Source: the human T2T-CHM13v2.0 reference genome, Homo sapiens
Direction: 5' to 3' (one strand)
NCBI RefSeq assembly: GCF_009914755.1
Contig: NC_060925.1
Length of the DNA stretch: 64,000 nucleotides
In this document: positions 63,201 to 64,000 of the stretch, one piece after another
How positions within the stretch are numbered: position 1 is the stretch's first letter
Layout: each line of letters starts with the position of its first letter
Program-made: the position numbers and the translations under genes
The notes under the pieces: model-generated
The model's database searches: none
What the model saw: the letters and a program-made list of their open reading frames with translations, nothing else
What the model was told of the DNA's origin: nothing

Positions 63201-63474
63201 AGAACGATAGATGCTAGAAGTTGAAGTAAATTTGGCATAAAGTCAGAGAAAGGTAAAATGTCACAATCTGATATTTGGAGGCAGAATCTAAAAACTTCAG
63301 TTATATCAAAACTGATTTTATATCGTTTTAGGCTGGATTGTTGCAGGGACTCTTTGGGTAATCTTTAAAACTGAGTTCTCAGAGAGCCTTGTATAAACAC
63401 CTGAATTAATAATGATAGCCCTGGGATGGTCCACATAAAACGAATAACATTGGTTGCTTCAAGAGAGGAAGACC

Positions 63475-63773
63475 GAGCCAGGCACAGTGGCTCATGCCTG
63501 TAATCCAAGCACTTTGGGAGGCCAAGGCTGACAGATCATTTGAGCTCAGGAGTTTGAGACTAGCCTGGGCAACTTGGTGAGACCCTGTCTCTACACAAAA
63601 TACAAGCAAAATTAGCTGGTAGTCCCAAACACCTGTAGTCCCAGCTGTGTGGGAGGCTGAGGTGGGAGGATTGCTTGAGCCCAGAAGATTGAGAGGCTGC
63701 AGTGAGCCATGATCATGCCACTGCACTTCAACCTGGATGACAGAGCAAGATCCTGTCAAAAAAAAAAAAAAAA
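63475..63773 (+). mobile_element. AluJ-like element
   Basis: Dimeric Alu plus A tail. Confidence 0.9.
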
Positions 63774-64000
63774 GAGAGAGAGAGAAAGAAAGACTCTTGA
63801 CTGGTGGCTACTGGTGGGAAAGAGGTTTTTACTACATCCCCAATTGGACCTTTTTATTTTAAAGTATGTGAAGATAAATAAATGACACAAAAGAGTGCAT
63901 ACCATCCCATTTATTTGAAATTCCAGAAAAGGCAAAATTAATCTGTGGTGAAAAAATCATAACAGCAGTTCCTTCTAACAGGATATTGACTGGGAAGGCA

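Overview
Primate (almost certainly human, chr1q21) genomic DNA containing one complete NBPF/Olduvai (DUF1220) gene on the minus strand. Reading splice sites directly gives 31 coding exons (ATG 40287 to TAA 5863, 4374 nt, 1457 aa). The order is three coiled-coil+CON1 units (~6.29 kb period), CON2, two HLS1-HLS2-HLS3 triplets (~4.75 kb period) and CON3, for 11 Olduvai domains. That architecture, length and sequence match NBPF12 as I recall it. The CpG-island promoter is at ~60.9-62.2 kb, several candidate 5'UTR exons lie between 40.4 and 57.1 kb, and poly(A) signals are at ~4.26-4.36 kb. Introns hold a PFN1 processed pseudogene, a nested L1-in-L1, an LTR5 (HERV-K) solo LTR, an ERV1-type solo LTR, MLT elements, many Alus, MIR/L2 relics and microsatellites. 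The gene family is known, and I see no unrelated new system. The most interesting sequence-level observations are: (1) a ~370-bp zero-loop palindrome in the 3'UTR; (2) the polybasic furin/NLS-like motif built from an out-of-frame 33-nt duplication; (3) a 13-bp window that is both the triplet-duplication crossover and the end of an HLS1/HLS2 conversion-like tract; (4) a tail-less but TSD-flanked L1; (5) an in-frame upstream ATG exon; (6) an 88-bp tandem duplication of the proximal promoter. All alignments were done by eye, and repeat subfamily names are from recall.
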